Shown here one piece after another: positions 22,778 to 35,148 of a stretch of DNA of 64,000 bases; within the stretch, counting starts at the first letter, position 1; every line of letters starts with the position of its first letter. A program made the translations under genes and the position numbers. The notes beneath the pieces are model-generated. The model saw nothing but the letters and a program-made list of their open reading frames with translations, did not search any database and was not told where the DNA came from. Source of the stretch: Octopus sinensis (Eukaryota); assembly GCF_006345805.1 (NCBI RefSeq), contig NC_043005.1, positions 100,068,001-100,132,000 on the forward strand, written 5' to 3'.

Positions 22778-23829
22778 TATATTCATAATATGAGTTTATA
22801 TACAAGGACACACCAGTATATCTGTCTCTCTGTTTGCCTATCCATCCAACCGTTCCTCGCATCTCCTTCACTCTCCTTCTGACATCACATTTGTTTCTTG
22901 CTATCCAGAAGCATTTCTCTCTGCCCCAGTCTCTTCATTTCTCTTTTGCCCTCTCTCTCTCTCTTTCTTCCTCTCTTATGTTTCATAATATCTTCTCTTT
23001 CATTCTCTATTCTTCACCTGTCTTTCCTTTCTCCTTTTTTCTCCTCTCTCTTCTTGTCACTTAATATTAGACAGTCATTAAGTGAATGAGATAAATAGAT
23101 AGATAGATAGATAGATAGAGATAAATAAAATGACAGAGAGGGCAAGAGGAATAGAGGAAGGCTATATATGGAATTAGTATGATTGAATAGCAAACAACAA
23201 ATGAGAAAATAAATATAGATAGATAGATAGATAGACAGACAAATGGATAGGGTGAGATATAAGGAGAGAAAGGAAACAGAAAGATATGAAAAAGGTTCAT
23301 GAAACAGAAATTCCAAACTGTATTTATATAAAAGAAATTTGCTGGAAATATGTAGAAATATATAAAAACAAAAAAAAAAACTAGTAGATTTTCCCTCTTT
23401 TATTTCTTGTTTTTTTTTTCATTTAGAAGCTTGTTGGTGCTTTTTTTTTAGTAAAAACCAAACAAAATAAGTAAATTAGAAATTGAATAAGAAAAACCCA
23501 CAAGATTCTTAAAGTCATGAACATCAGTGTGTGAAGGTATGCATGTCCATGCATGTATGTGTGTGTGTGTGTATATAAATATATACATACATACATACAT
23601 GCGCACACACACACACATATATTTATGTATGTATATATATACAAACATTTTTATGTATGTGTGTGTATAAATATACATATATATATATGTACATGCACAC
23701 ACATATACACACACATCTGCAAAAAGAAATATTTTTATATGTAAATATACACCATCATATACATACTCATGATTTACTACCTGTTTACTCATTTTTCATA
23801 CATACATATACACACGCACACATATATAT

Positions 23830-23905
23830 ATATTAGCATTTATATATATGCGTATGTGTGTGGTCATCAATAGTCATATGCCTATATATGGCATATATAT
23901 ATATG

Positions 23906-23958
<53 letters not shown>

Positions 23959-24056
23959 TATGCATATATATATATTATATATAGATATATTATAATATAT
24001 ATATATAAATATATGCATATATATATATATATATATATCTATATATAATATATGCC

Positions 24057-24130
<74 letters not shown>

Positions 24131-24202
24131 TATGATATATATATATATATATATATGTGTATATATATATGCATGTGTATATATATATATATATATATAT
24201 GC

Positions 24203-24239
<37 letters not shown>

Positions 24240-24276
24240 TATGCATGTGTATATATATATATATATAATGCATGTG

Positions 24277-24313
<37 letters not shown>

Positions 24314-24320
24314 ACATATG
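23830..24320. repeat. Long imperfect (TA)n microsatellite
   Basis: Directly visible. Confidence 0.95.
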
Positions 24321-24476
24321 TATTTTACATGTGTGCACATTCACTTGTACATCAATGTACATATTGAATGATTTATAAGAGTATCTAGAATGTGTAAACA
24401 TACATAAACAAGGTGAAATATATGTGTATATACATGTACATATTTGAATATATATATAGATATATGTTTTTTTATA

Positions 24477-24521
<45 letters not shown>

Positions 24522-24588
24522 TTATATATATATATATATACACACACATGCATACACATATATACATACCCACACATATGTACATATG

Positions 24589-24630
<42 letters not shown>

Positions 24631-25110
24631 TACAAATACAAATAAATACACACACACGCACGTATGTATGTATGTATGCATTTGTATATATCAATATGCA
24701 CTGGAGGATAATCAGAAACACATGAAGTTATAAAAATCTTGAACATGTTCATAAGTAAATAATATCATTTAAGGATAGAGGGTCATGTGTATAGAGACAT
24801 GTACAAAACACACACACACACACACACATAAGATGTAAGCACAGACAGATGTTTCAGACACATATTTACACCTGAAGAACAAAAAAGTATAATATAGAAG
24901 AAATACAAGTAGGTTCCAAGAAAAATGTAGACATGTTAACACAAAGGCTCAAAAAGTTTGCAAAACCCACAAAAAAAAAATATACAGCTGTGGTTTTAAG
25001 AATTTATCTTAAGAATTTATTATGAGTTTGGTCTCATCTCAACTAAAGCCTCAGGTTGACCAATTCCTGATGAGTCGGAGTTTGGTAAATAGAATCTAGT
25101 AAGAAGCCTC

Positions 25111-25164
<54 letters not shown>

Positions 25165-25166
<2 letters not shown>

Positions 25167-25781
25167 AAGTTAGAAATTATCTGCACTGCTGTCCTAACAT
25201 ATCTTTATTATTATCACACTATCTTCTGCGCATGTGGTTGGTACTATTGAGGTCACATGATCAAAGTTTGAGCCTGATTGTGCCATTTTTCTTTCTGGCT
25301 TTGCAGTGGAAGCTTGGCCACTCCACCAGCAATGCCCACCAAAGAACAAAGAGGACTGATCTGAGAGATGGTAATGGTGAACCAGTTCGCTATTACCATC
25401 TCTCAAGCTTGCTGAATCTTCTCATCGGTGGTGGAGGTTGATGGGCATCCTGCTCCCTTTCCGTGCATCATGACTGTCCGGCCACTTTTAAATTTCTCAA
25501 TCCACTCATACACACTTCTATGCCGTTGTGCACTGTCCCCATATTGTGCCAAGAGCCTCTGATGAACTTCAGCACCTAACACACTTTCCAACCAGAGAAA
25601 TCAGATCACTGATCCTTGTTCTTTTTTGGTACACATTGCTAGTGAAGTGACCATGCTTACATTGTAATGACCACAATAGTACCAATAGTACCAACTATAA
25701 GCACACATGCACAGAAGGCAATGTGATAATAATAAAGATATGTTGTGGGGAAAGTGTGGATAATTTTTGACTTCCCCTCGT
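25165..25781. mobile_element. mariner fold-back element made of two 5' ends
   Basis: Minus 25781-25403: TIR plus transposase N-terminus (CTKKEQGSVI..GAEVHQRLLAQYGD..SVYEWIEKFKSGRT). Plus 25165-25362 is a diverged copy of the same 5' region. Confidence 0.75.
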
Positions 25782-25786
25782 GTATG

Positions 25787-25993
25787 TATTTCTTTACTAC
25801 CCACAAAGGGCTAAACACAGAGAGGACAAACAAGGACAGACAAACGGATTAAGTCAATTATATCGACCCCAGTGCATAACTGGTACTTAATTTATCAATC
25901 CCGATAAATTCGGTGGAATTTGAACTCAGAACGTAATGGCAGACGAAATACCGCTAAACATTACGCCCGGCGTGCTAACGTTTCTGCCAGCTC
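25787..25993 (-). mobile_element. SINE family B
   Basis: Reverse complement of the family B sequence. Confidence 0.9.
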
Positions 25994-26754
25994 CCCTCTT
26001 ATATGAATTTAACTACCTTTTAATCAAAATTTTATTTTCTCCAGATACTGCACTTGTTATATAACCTTCACAGACTTTTCCCTGGGGTTATTACTTTACA
26101 CTCCATTATCATAATTATTTGTAGTAATTTACAATTTTCCCAACAGTGTTTTTTTCTTAAATACCATATACTTCTTATCTTTCTCTTCTCCTCCCATTCA
26201 TGCCCACCACCTCTTCCTCTGCTCCATGTTTTCTCACATACAATGAAATTACACCTCTACCCCTCCACCCCATTCCACACTACTACTACAACTCCAAACA
26301 TGTAGATCTCCAGACACCTCTTAAAAAGCCACATGCACCTTAGACCACCCCACACACTCCCCCTTCTATGCCCATCTCTCTATGTGAATTCTATTGTCTA
26401 CATGCATTATGTTCCTACTCCTCTCTCTTCTACAATAGAACTACATTCCCATATGGCCCCTAACCCCCTTCTTTTAATTTCCAGCCATTATTTTTTTGTA
26501 CATTTTATTTTCCAACCATTTTGTCTCATTCTTCTATTTTCTCTTTTCTAGTTTGCTTTTGGTTAAGAGCTAGCATCCAAAATGTCAAGATTATTTCTCT
26601 TCTTTTTAAGTGTTAAATGAACATAACCTTTTTTTAAAAAGCTGGTTCCTTCCATGATGTCTTCTTCTTGTACTCATTGTCTTCTTAATGTGTATGATTT
26701 GTGTGTGTGTGTGTGAGTCATATTTTTAGAAACCAAATGAACACACTAAAAACT

Positions 26755-26788
<34 letters not shown>

Positions 26789-26789
<1 letters not shown>

Positions 26790-27156
26790 CTCTTTTACTT
26801 GCTTTAGTCATTTTGACTGCGGCCATGCTGGAGCACCGCCTTTAGTAAATCGACCCCCAGCACTTATTCTTTGTAAGCCTAGTACTTATTCTATCGGTCA
26901 CTTTTGCCGAACCGCTAAGTTACGGGGACGTAAACACACCAACATTAGTTGTCAAGCGATGGGAGGAGGAAAGGCAAACACAGACACACACAAACACACA
27001 CACACACACACACATACATACATACATACATATATGATGGACTTCTTTCAATTTCCATCTACCAAATCCATTCAGAAGGCCTTGGTCAGCCTGAGGCTAT
27101 AGTAGAAGACACTTGTCCCAGGTGCCACACAGTGGGACTGAACCCAGAACCATGTG
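26789..27156 (-). mobile_element. SINE family A (head truncated)
   Basis: Reverse complement of the family A body and tail. Confidence 0.85.
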
Positions 27157-27285
27157 AATGGAACACACATAATTGTATACATATGTACTGACAAGGATTA
27201 TAATTGCCCTTGGTGTTTTCAGGTGGTTATAGTCCCCATCAGTATATAAGTATACAATTATGTGCTTTGACTACAGCATCAGAGC

Positions 27286-27488
27286 CTTTTACTTCTTTCA
27301 GTCATTTGACTTTGACCATGCTGGAGCACCGCCTTTAGTTGAGCAAATCAACCCCAGGACTTATTCTTTGGAAGCCTAGTACTTATTCTATCAGTGTCTT
27401 TTGCCGAACCGCTCAGTTACGAGGACATAAACACACCAGCATCGGTTGTCAAGCAATGTTGGGGGGACAAACACAGACACACACATAC

Positions 27489-27537
<49 letters not shown>

Positions 27538-27758
27538 CAAACACACACATATATATATATATGTTTACACACACACACATATATATACATATATACGATG
27601 GGCTTCTTTCAGTTTCCGTCTACCAAATCCACTCCCATGACTTTGGTCGGCCCAAGGCAATAGTAGAAGACACTTGACCAAGGTGCCATGCAGTGGGAAT
27701 GAACCCAGAACAATGTGGTTGGTAAGCAAGCTACTTACCACACAGCCACTCCTACGCC
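27286..27758 (-). mobile_element. SINE family A, full length
   Basis: Head GGCGTAGGAGTGGCTGTGTGG through to the tail. Confidence 0.9.
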
Positions 27759-27974
27759 TTAGAAATTAGAGCCTTTTAGCTCTTATTTCCAGTAATGTAG
27801 GTGTTTCTAACACCCAAGTCACATTTAGTGACAATTGTAGTTTTCCTTTTTCATAAAACATTGGAAACTGCTGACTATATTAATTTTATATACATGTATG
27901 TTCGTATGCATGTATGTATGTCTTTATTTATATATTGCGTTTATGAGTGTTTGTATTGTCTCTCATCACTGCTA

Positions 27975-28831
27975 GAGAATCAGTATTGGCTTAGGTCAAT
28001 GTTGGTGGTGGCATGGCGGGACCCATTCCTGTAGAGAATGATGTTAAGCAGGGTGACATCCTTGCCCCAACTCACGTTTCTTTGTACTTTGCTGCTGCTT
28101 GTACTCATGCTTTTGCTAAGTTAGTTCTCTGGGAATATATATCAGGTATCAAACTTCTGGCCGCCTCTTTAATCTGCACCGATTTGCTGCCAATTCAAAA
28201 GTTTTCCAGTCTCTCATTCATGACCTCCTTTATGCAGATGACTGTGACTTCGTCACTCATAATGTGGATGACATGCAAATACTTATGAATCATATTTCTG
28301 CTTCTTGCAAGGTATTTGGACTCAGCATTAGCCTGGACAAGACTGCTGTAGTGTTCCAGCCTGCACCAGGAAATCCATATGTGGAACCAGCTATCTTGGT
28401 TGAACGAATAATTCTGAAAGTGGTAGACAAGTTTGTCCACCTGGGCAGCACACTCAGCCGTTCTTGCTCCCTGGATGAGGAAATATCTTTCAGGCTGCAG
28501 AGAGCAACTTATTCCTTCCAGTCTCTTCAGTCTCATGTTTGGTCCCAGCATGGCATCACAAAGAGAACAAAAGTTGCTGTGTACCATGCTTGTGTACTGA
28601 CATCGCTCCTTTACCTCATGTGAGACATGGACCCTTTACACACGCCATGTAAAGATCCTTGAACGCTTTCATCAGAGATGTCTCAGACACATTCTCAATG
28701 TTGGCTGGACCTTAAAAACTCCAGACACACAGGTCCCGAGGACAGCTGGTATCTTGACTATTGAGGTGATAGTGCAGAAGCACCGGTTACGTTGAACTGG
28801 ACACCTTATTAGAATGAAGGATAGCAGGATT
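27975..28831 (+). mobile_element. RTE-clade (BovB-like) LINE, RT fragment
   Basis: VKQGDILAPT, GRLFNL, DLLYADDC, FGLSISLDKT, VDKFVHLGSTLS, CETWTLY..LERFHQRCLRHIL, GHLIRM; a few stops and frameshifts. Confidence 0.9.
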
Positions 28832-29163
28832 TAGTTAAGAGTTATATTTCGTGGTACTGAGACATCGCCACTGAGTTGGCTATGCTGTAAGATGGTAAGA
28901 GCTATCATAAAGTATTCGTGGGAATTGTGTACATCTTTCAGGTATACACACACACAGTTCATGAATTATCTTTGCATCTTCCACAATTCATTGTATCAGT
29001 TAAAGTTGAGATTGTCTAGATATGTTGCATGCAACCAGTGGTGCCCATGCAGATGTGTTTGAAAATTTCTAATAAAACTTTATTTTTCTACGTATGTTTT
29101 TCCATAAATTCCATTTATTTTTTTCTGAATTTCTCAAATTGTAAAGGTAATTCATGGACACAC

Positions 29164-29312
29164 TTCTTTCAGTTTTTGTCTACCAAATTCACTCACAACA
29201 CTTTGGTTGGCCTAAGGCTATAGTTGAAGACATTTGCCCAAAGTACCATGCAGTGGGATTGAACCTGGAACCTTGTGACTGGGAAGCAAGCTTCTTACTA
29301 CACAGTTATGCC
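29164..29312 (-). mobile_element. SINE family A/D, 5' half
   Basis: Reverse complement of the tRNA head and GTCTTC..TATAGCC region. Confidence 0.75.
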
Positions 29313-29701
29313 GACACCTGTGTATGCAGCATCTAAATATTACTGGTAGAAATTACATTGATGGATGGGGGAAGACCGTGACTGGATAACAGTGACACCA
29401 TTTGAAAGCTTCATTTTCCGGTAGCATAATCACAACTGCTTCAGCTCATTCATATTCAAGCAGTTTTTATATTCAAGACAATTTTGTAGCTAGGAATTGA
29501 ACTCTGATGTAATACGGCTGAATGTATGTTGTGCAACAGCAGCAGAGGTCGTATAGAACTGTTACGTATTTACAGCTTCAGTAAACGGAGCTATTAAAGG
29601 TATGTATTCAAAACATGAATATATAACATCACCAACTTGTGGATACTTAGTCTGGCAACTGAGCACGTCTATTAGGTAGTCTTCTATTTGAAGACAGTCA
29701 T

Positions 29702-29738
<37 letters not shown>

Positions 29739-30038
29739 GTATGTATACTCGTGTGTTTCGGTTTTGGATTGCAAGTCAAGACTATTGAAAAGATTGCTTG
29801 ATGCAACGAAAATTTAAGGAAAATAAAAATAAGAAATAAGTGGAAATTTTACTGGTGAGTGTGTTAAATTATAAGGCACACAAAGAAAATGACTCTCCCC
29901 AGACACAACAGAATATGCTTGTGCGTATATATACATATATACATTTGTAAACAAATTTTTCCCCTTTATAACAGTGAAGAGAAGGAGAGGAGAATATTTT
30001 ACTGTAACAACAAAATAGATTTCAGATTAACTCATTTG

Positions 30039-30565
30039 TACGAGGGTGAGTCAAAAAAAAAAGTAATGCTATTTTGTTTAGGACAGGTATAATTACCAAC
30101 ACAGGAACATGTATCATACATCAAAATGAAGCTGGTCCTCTGTTCAACGTAGTCACCGTTTCTCTCAATAGCAATGTTCCACCTTCGAATGAGAGCATCT
30201 ATCCCTGCTCCGTAAAATTCTGTTGACTGTTCTTTGAACCACTTCTTCGTCACTGGAATAATGTTTGCCTCTCAAACCATCTTTTATGGGGCCAAAGAAA
30301 TGATAGTCTGAAGGCGCTAAATCTGGTGAATGTGGAGGTAGTGAAGAAGTGGCTCAAAGAACAGTCAACAGAATTTTACGGGGCATGGATACATGCTCTC
30401 ATTCGAAGGTGGAACATTGTTATTGAGAGAAACGGTGACTATGTTGAGAAGTAGGGATGTGATCCACAAAGGACCAGCTTCATTTTGACGTATGATACAT
30501 GTTCCTGTGTTGGTAATTATACCTGTCCTAAACAAAATAGCATTACTTTTTGACTGACCCACGTA
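30039..30565. mobile_element. mariner fold-back MITE made of two 3' ends (copy 1)
   Basis: TACGAGGGTGAGTCAAAA..TTTTGACTGACCCACGTA. Both arms encode KEQSTEFYGA..LIRRWNI.IERNGDYVE; centre SPDLAP.DYHFFGP. Confidence 0.85.
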
Positions 30566-31124
30566 TTTAAAGATGTGGAATTCATATTAATGTCTCCTTT
30601 TCCATACAATCATGGGTCAAATGAGAGTACATTGGGGCAGAGTTTTTTTTATAACCAGATGCCCTTCTTGTCATGAAGACCCACCTACTTCCATTATGTA
30701 TACGTATATTGTTACGAGAATGTATTTTTTTTATAATATTGTAATGATTGAGTTTTAATTATTCTCAAGAAAATAAAAAAAAGGTTACCACCACTTCTGC
30801 TTTAATTGGCTCGGCTCAGAGAAATCATGAGTTTCTGCAGGAAAATGCTGAGAAAGAAATATGTGCGCTATCTTGGACGTTGAACTCTTCTGTTCTCAAG
30901 AAGTCACGACTTCAATTTATACTTCTTGGACTCATGACTCTGGTGACTATTTTACCTTGGCCAATATTTGGATATTGACTCAATTATTTTGTAACAACTC
31001 TGAACTGCCATTATTGTAAATTTTTACCATATTTCTCAATAAATAACGGAATTGTACGGACCTCTTTGTTTAACTTGCTGCTTTCGAACAGGCACTGGTT
31101 CCTTGTCACTCACTAACCGCAACA

Positions 31125-31188
<64 letters not shown>

Positions 31189-31314
31189 ACGGAGGTGTCA
31201 TTAATTCTATTATTATCCAATATAACACTTTTAAAAAATGGCGATTTAATAAGAGTTTTGACTGTTATTTCAAGCAGGTTGACATACCTAGTATGTCCTT
31301 TGATTAATTTTATA

Positions 31315-31356
<42 letters not shown>

Positions 31357-31996
31357 GTACATTCATACACACACACGTGTGTGTGTGTATTATATCTTAT
31401 CGCGTAATATCATATTTAACGAGACAACTGATTAGATTCAGAGTTAATTTATTAGAGACAGAGGTAATTGCAATTTTTTGTTATATTCTGGCAGAGAAAC
31501 AAATAAAAAAAAACACTGTTATACTAAAAGAATTAATTATCAATAAACAATAAAGACGAATTAAAATATTTTATCATTTATTCAACACTTGGTATAAGCA
31601 GTGCTATAGATATTATTTGGTAGAGAGTTGCTATTAATATTGACAAGACCAAAGGTAGTGAACTGACAGAATCGATAAAATAATGAATTAATGCCTTGTG
31701 GTATTTAATCACATTACTTTGTTCTGAGATCAAATCCCACCAGAGTGAACTTTGCCTTTCATCCTTTCAAAATATTAGTCAAATACTTGAATTGAAGCAA
31801 TCAACTATGGCCTACCCAACATATTTGAGACATCGTGTCTGTATTACAAATCAATTTTGAATATTATCAATAGACAATAGAGTAATAAATAGAGAGCAAT
31901 TAAGATAAGTGAAATAATTTATATTTATAACCAAAAGATGAAGAAACAGAACAGAGTTTTATACGAGACAGAAAAAGAGAATTCCACCTCTTTAAA

Positions 31997-32577
31997 TACG
32001 AGGGTGAGTCAAAAAGTAATGCGATTTTGTTTAGGACAGGTATAATTACCAACACAGGAACATGTATCATACATCAAAATGAAGCTGGTCCTCTGTGGAT
32101 CACATCCCTACTTCTCAACATAGTCACCGTTTCTCTCAATAGAAATGTTCCACCTTCAAATGAGAGCATGTATCCCTGCCCCGTAAAATTCTGTTGACTG
32201 TTCTTTGAGCCACTTCTTCACTACCTCCACATTCACCAGATTTAGCGCCTTCCGACTATCATTTCTTTGGCCCCATAAAAGATGGTTTGAGAGGCAAACA
32301 TTATTCCAGTGACGAAGAAGTGGTTCAAAGAACAGTCAACAGAATTTTACGGAGCAGGGATAGATGCTCTCATTCGAAGGTGGAACATTGCTATTGAGAG
32401 AAACGGTGACTACGTTGAACAGAGGACCAGCTTCATTTTGATGTATGATACATGTTCCTGTGTTGGTAATTATACCTGTCCTAAACAAAATAGGGATCTT
32501 TTCCTTTTGATGGACGGAATTTTCTCATCAAAAGGAAAAGATCCCAAAATCGCATTACTCTTCGATTCACCCTCGTA
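31997..32577. mobile_element. mariner fold-back MITE (copy 2, reverse complement of copy 1)
   Basis: Same sequence and the same arm-specific deletion, in the opposite orientation. Carries an extra 51-bp insertion. Confidence 0.85.
32494..32544. mobile_element. 51-bp hairpin mini-element with 8-bp TSD (Merlin-like)
   Basis: Perfect 19-bp IR GGATCTTTTCCTTTTGATG / CATCAAAAGGAAAAGATCC; flanks CAAAATAG / CAAAATCG. Confidence 0.7.
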
Positions 32578-32806
32578 CAATGAGTCAAAACTAGAATTCA
32601 CAAAATACTCCACTAATTCTCTATCCACATTCCTGTTAACTTTTCTATTACTCAAGCTGGAATCTATTTTGGTTTTACAGTAAAATATCCTCCTCTCCTT
32701 CTCTTCACTGTTATAAAGGGGAAAAATCGATCATCGTAAACTATAACTTTAGTTTTTGTTTACAAATGTATATATGTATATAGCATGGAAAACGGGTGTT
32801 AAACGA

Positions 32807-32870
<64 letters not shown>

Positions 32871-33084
32871 AGACACACACACACAGGTATATATATATAT
32901 ATATAATGACTGTATATATATATAGAAGACTACCTAATGGATCTGCTCATCGTAAACTATAACTTTAGTTTTTGTTTACAAACGGACTTAAGTAAAATAG
33001 TTTGAAAATCTGAGGTTGTGCCATTCTGAAGGATGAAATGATATCGTAAATGACTACTGTGATAATAATAAAGAATAAAAAATG

Positions 33085-33295
33085 TTTCTACTACAGGCAC
33101 AAGGCCTGGACTTTGTGGCAGTAGGGACAGTCGATCACATCGACTCCAGTATTCCACTGGTACTTAATATATCGATCCCGAAAGGATGAAAGGCAAAGTC
33201 GACCTCGGCGGAATTTGAACTCAGAATGTTGCAGCAGATGAAATACTGCAAAGCATTTCAACGGGTGTGCTAACTATTCTGCCAGATCACTGCCT
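33085..33295 (-). mobile_element. SINE family B2
   Basis: B-type head and body with the alternative tail ..GGCCTTGTGCCTGTAGTAGAAA. Confidence 0.85.
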
Positions 33296-34052
33296 TAATA
33301 ATAAAAGAATTATATGCTATAAGACATATGCTCTTCACACTCTATTCATTCTTTGAAAACAAAAAAAAAAGTCTCCACAGAAGACACAAGATAGATCTTC
33401 TCAGAAACGGTTATCTCCCACTGAGCAGCATATCTGTCTCTGCCGCACTCTATACAGCTTCCTGTAGAATATCCATTTAGTCTAAATTTACTCCAAAACC
33501 GCCTGACCATTTCAACAAGTTTTGTTGCTTTATCTCATAAAAATAACAAAACTATTGATATACATTAAAGTCTATCTCCAGACTACATTTATATAATTCA
33601 TTGGCTGTTAGCATCAGTAGGTCAAACTTCAATAAATTACAAATACTGCATGCCATCTTTTATTCAATGCACACAAATTGGTGAGAATGTTAAGGATTGC
33701 CATGTAAAAACTCTACTGACTCAATATTGATCAGAAATGCCATTCGAAAATCTATTTGTGATTTATATAAATGTCATCCGTAGCATTGCTCAATAGGGTT
33801 TCCACCCTACGACATTGTTGTGCTCTGCTGATAATGATAATAGGTATCTATTATTGGCTCAGTTTATTTAGCTATAAATAGATAAGACTTTATCCAACTC
33901 ATGCCAGCATCAGCATGGAGAAGAGGATGATGAATGAGGTATTATGGATAAAAGCATGTCCAATGCTGTAAGGGTTTAAAACACTGTTTTTTTTCCAACC
34001 TTCAGTTGTGAGTTCAAATCCATTACTAGCAAACAATGAGCTTCTAGTTTTT

Positions 34053-34277
34053 TATTTCTCTATTGTTCACAAGGGGCTAAACATAGAGGGGACAAAGAAG
34101 GACAGACAAACGGATTAAGTCGATTATATCGACCCCAGTGTGTAACTGGTACTTAATTTATCGACCTCGAAAGGATGAAAGGCAACGTCGACTTTGGTGG
34201 AATTTGAACTCAGAACATAACGGCCGACGAGATACTGCTAAGCATTTCGCCCGGTGTGCTACCGATTCTGCCAGCTT
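34053..34277 (-). mobile_element. SINE family B
   Basis: Reverse complement of the family B sequence. Confidence 0.85.
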
Positions 34278-34530
34278 CTAGTTTCTATCTTGCAAACTTC
34301 TCTCACAAGGTATTGACTAACCCAAGGCCACAGGAGACACAACCAGCTGGCATTGTCCATGCAGGGGGAATAAATTCTGAATCATATGGTTCCCAAGCAA
34401 ACATGACCACACACAAATTCATGCACTACACATATATATAACATACATACATACATACATACATACATACATACATACATCCATACATACATACATACAT
34501 CCATACATACATACTTACACACATACATAC

Positions 34531-34561
<31 letters not shown>

Positions 34562-34634
34562 CATACATACATACACACACACATACATACACACACACAT
34601 ACATACACACACACATGCACACATGTGTATTCAC

Positions 34635-35148
34635 CATCATCATTGTTATCATTGTCCTTATTCAATGTCGTTTTTCCATGCTGGCATGAGTTGGACAGTT
34701 TAACAGGAGGTGGCAAGCCAAAGAACTGCACTCGGCTCTGCTGTCTGCTTTGGCATGGTTTCTACAGCTGATCCCCTACCTAACACCAATTACCTCAGAG
34801 TGTACAGGGTGTCTTTATGGGATGAAGTAGTCCAGCATGACCTTCGAAAGTTGGGCCTCACAGAGGCAATGATGAAAGACCGAGATCTCTGGAGATATGC
34901 TGTGACTGCAAAGACCCGACAAATAACGTGGGTTCATGGCTGTTTCCTGCACCAGTTTCGCATAGCAGCCCCAGCCCATCCAAAGTACCTTGGATTGCAG
35001 AATGACCTGCTGAGCTTACCTTGGATCGTAGGGTGACCTTCTGTGCTTGAGGAGACCTATTGAGTCAAGTACATCAACATCAAAATAAAAATCAAATGGA
35101 AATTGTAGTTGTGATACCTGTGCCAGTGGCATGTAAAAAGCACCATCT
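34635..35148. mobile_element. RTE LINE 3' end with an internal inversion
   Basis: 34635-34817 is the tail on minus. 34818-35148 on plus encodes WDEVVQHDLRKLGLTEAMMKDRDLWRYAV, then 3' UTR up to the first repeat unit. Confidence 0.75.

Noticed and set aside
29557-29599. VFTASVNGAIK peptide before AAAG|GTATGT as a WD40-like exon
   Set aside because: There is an in-frame stop immediately upstream, a poor acceptor, and only a short motif resemblance.
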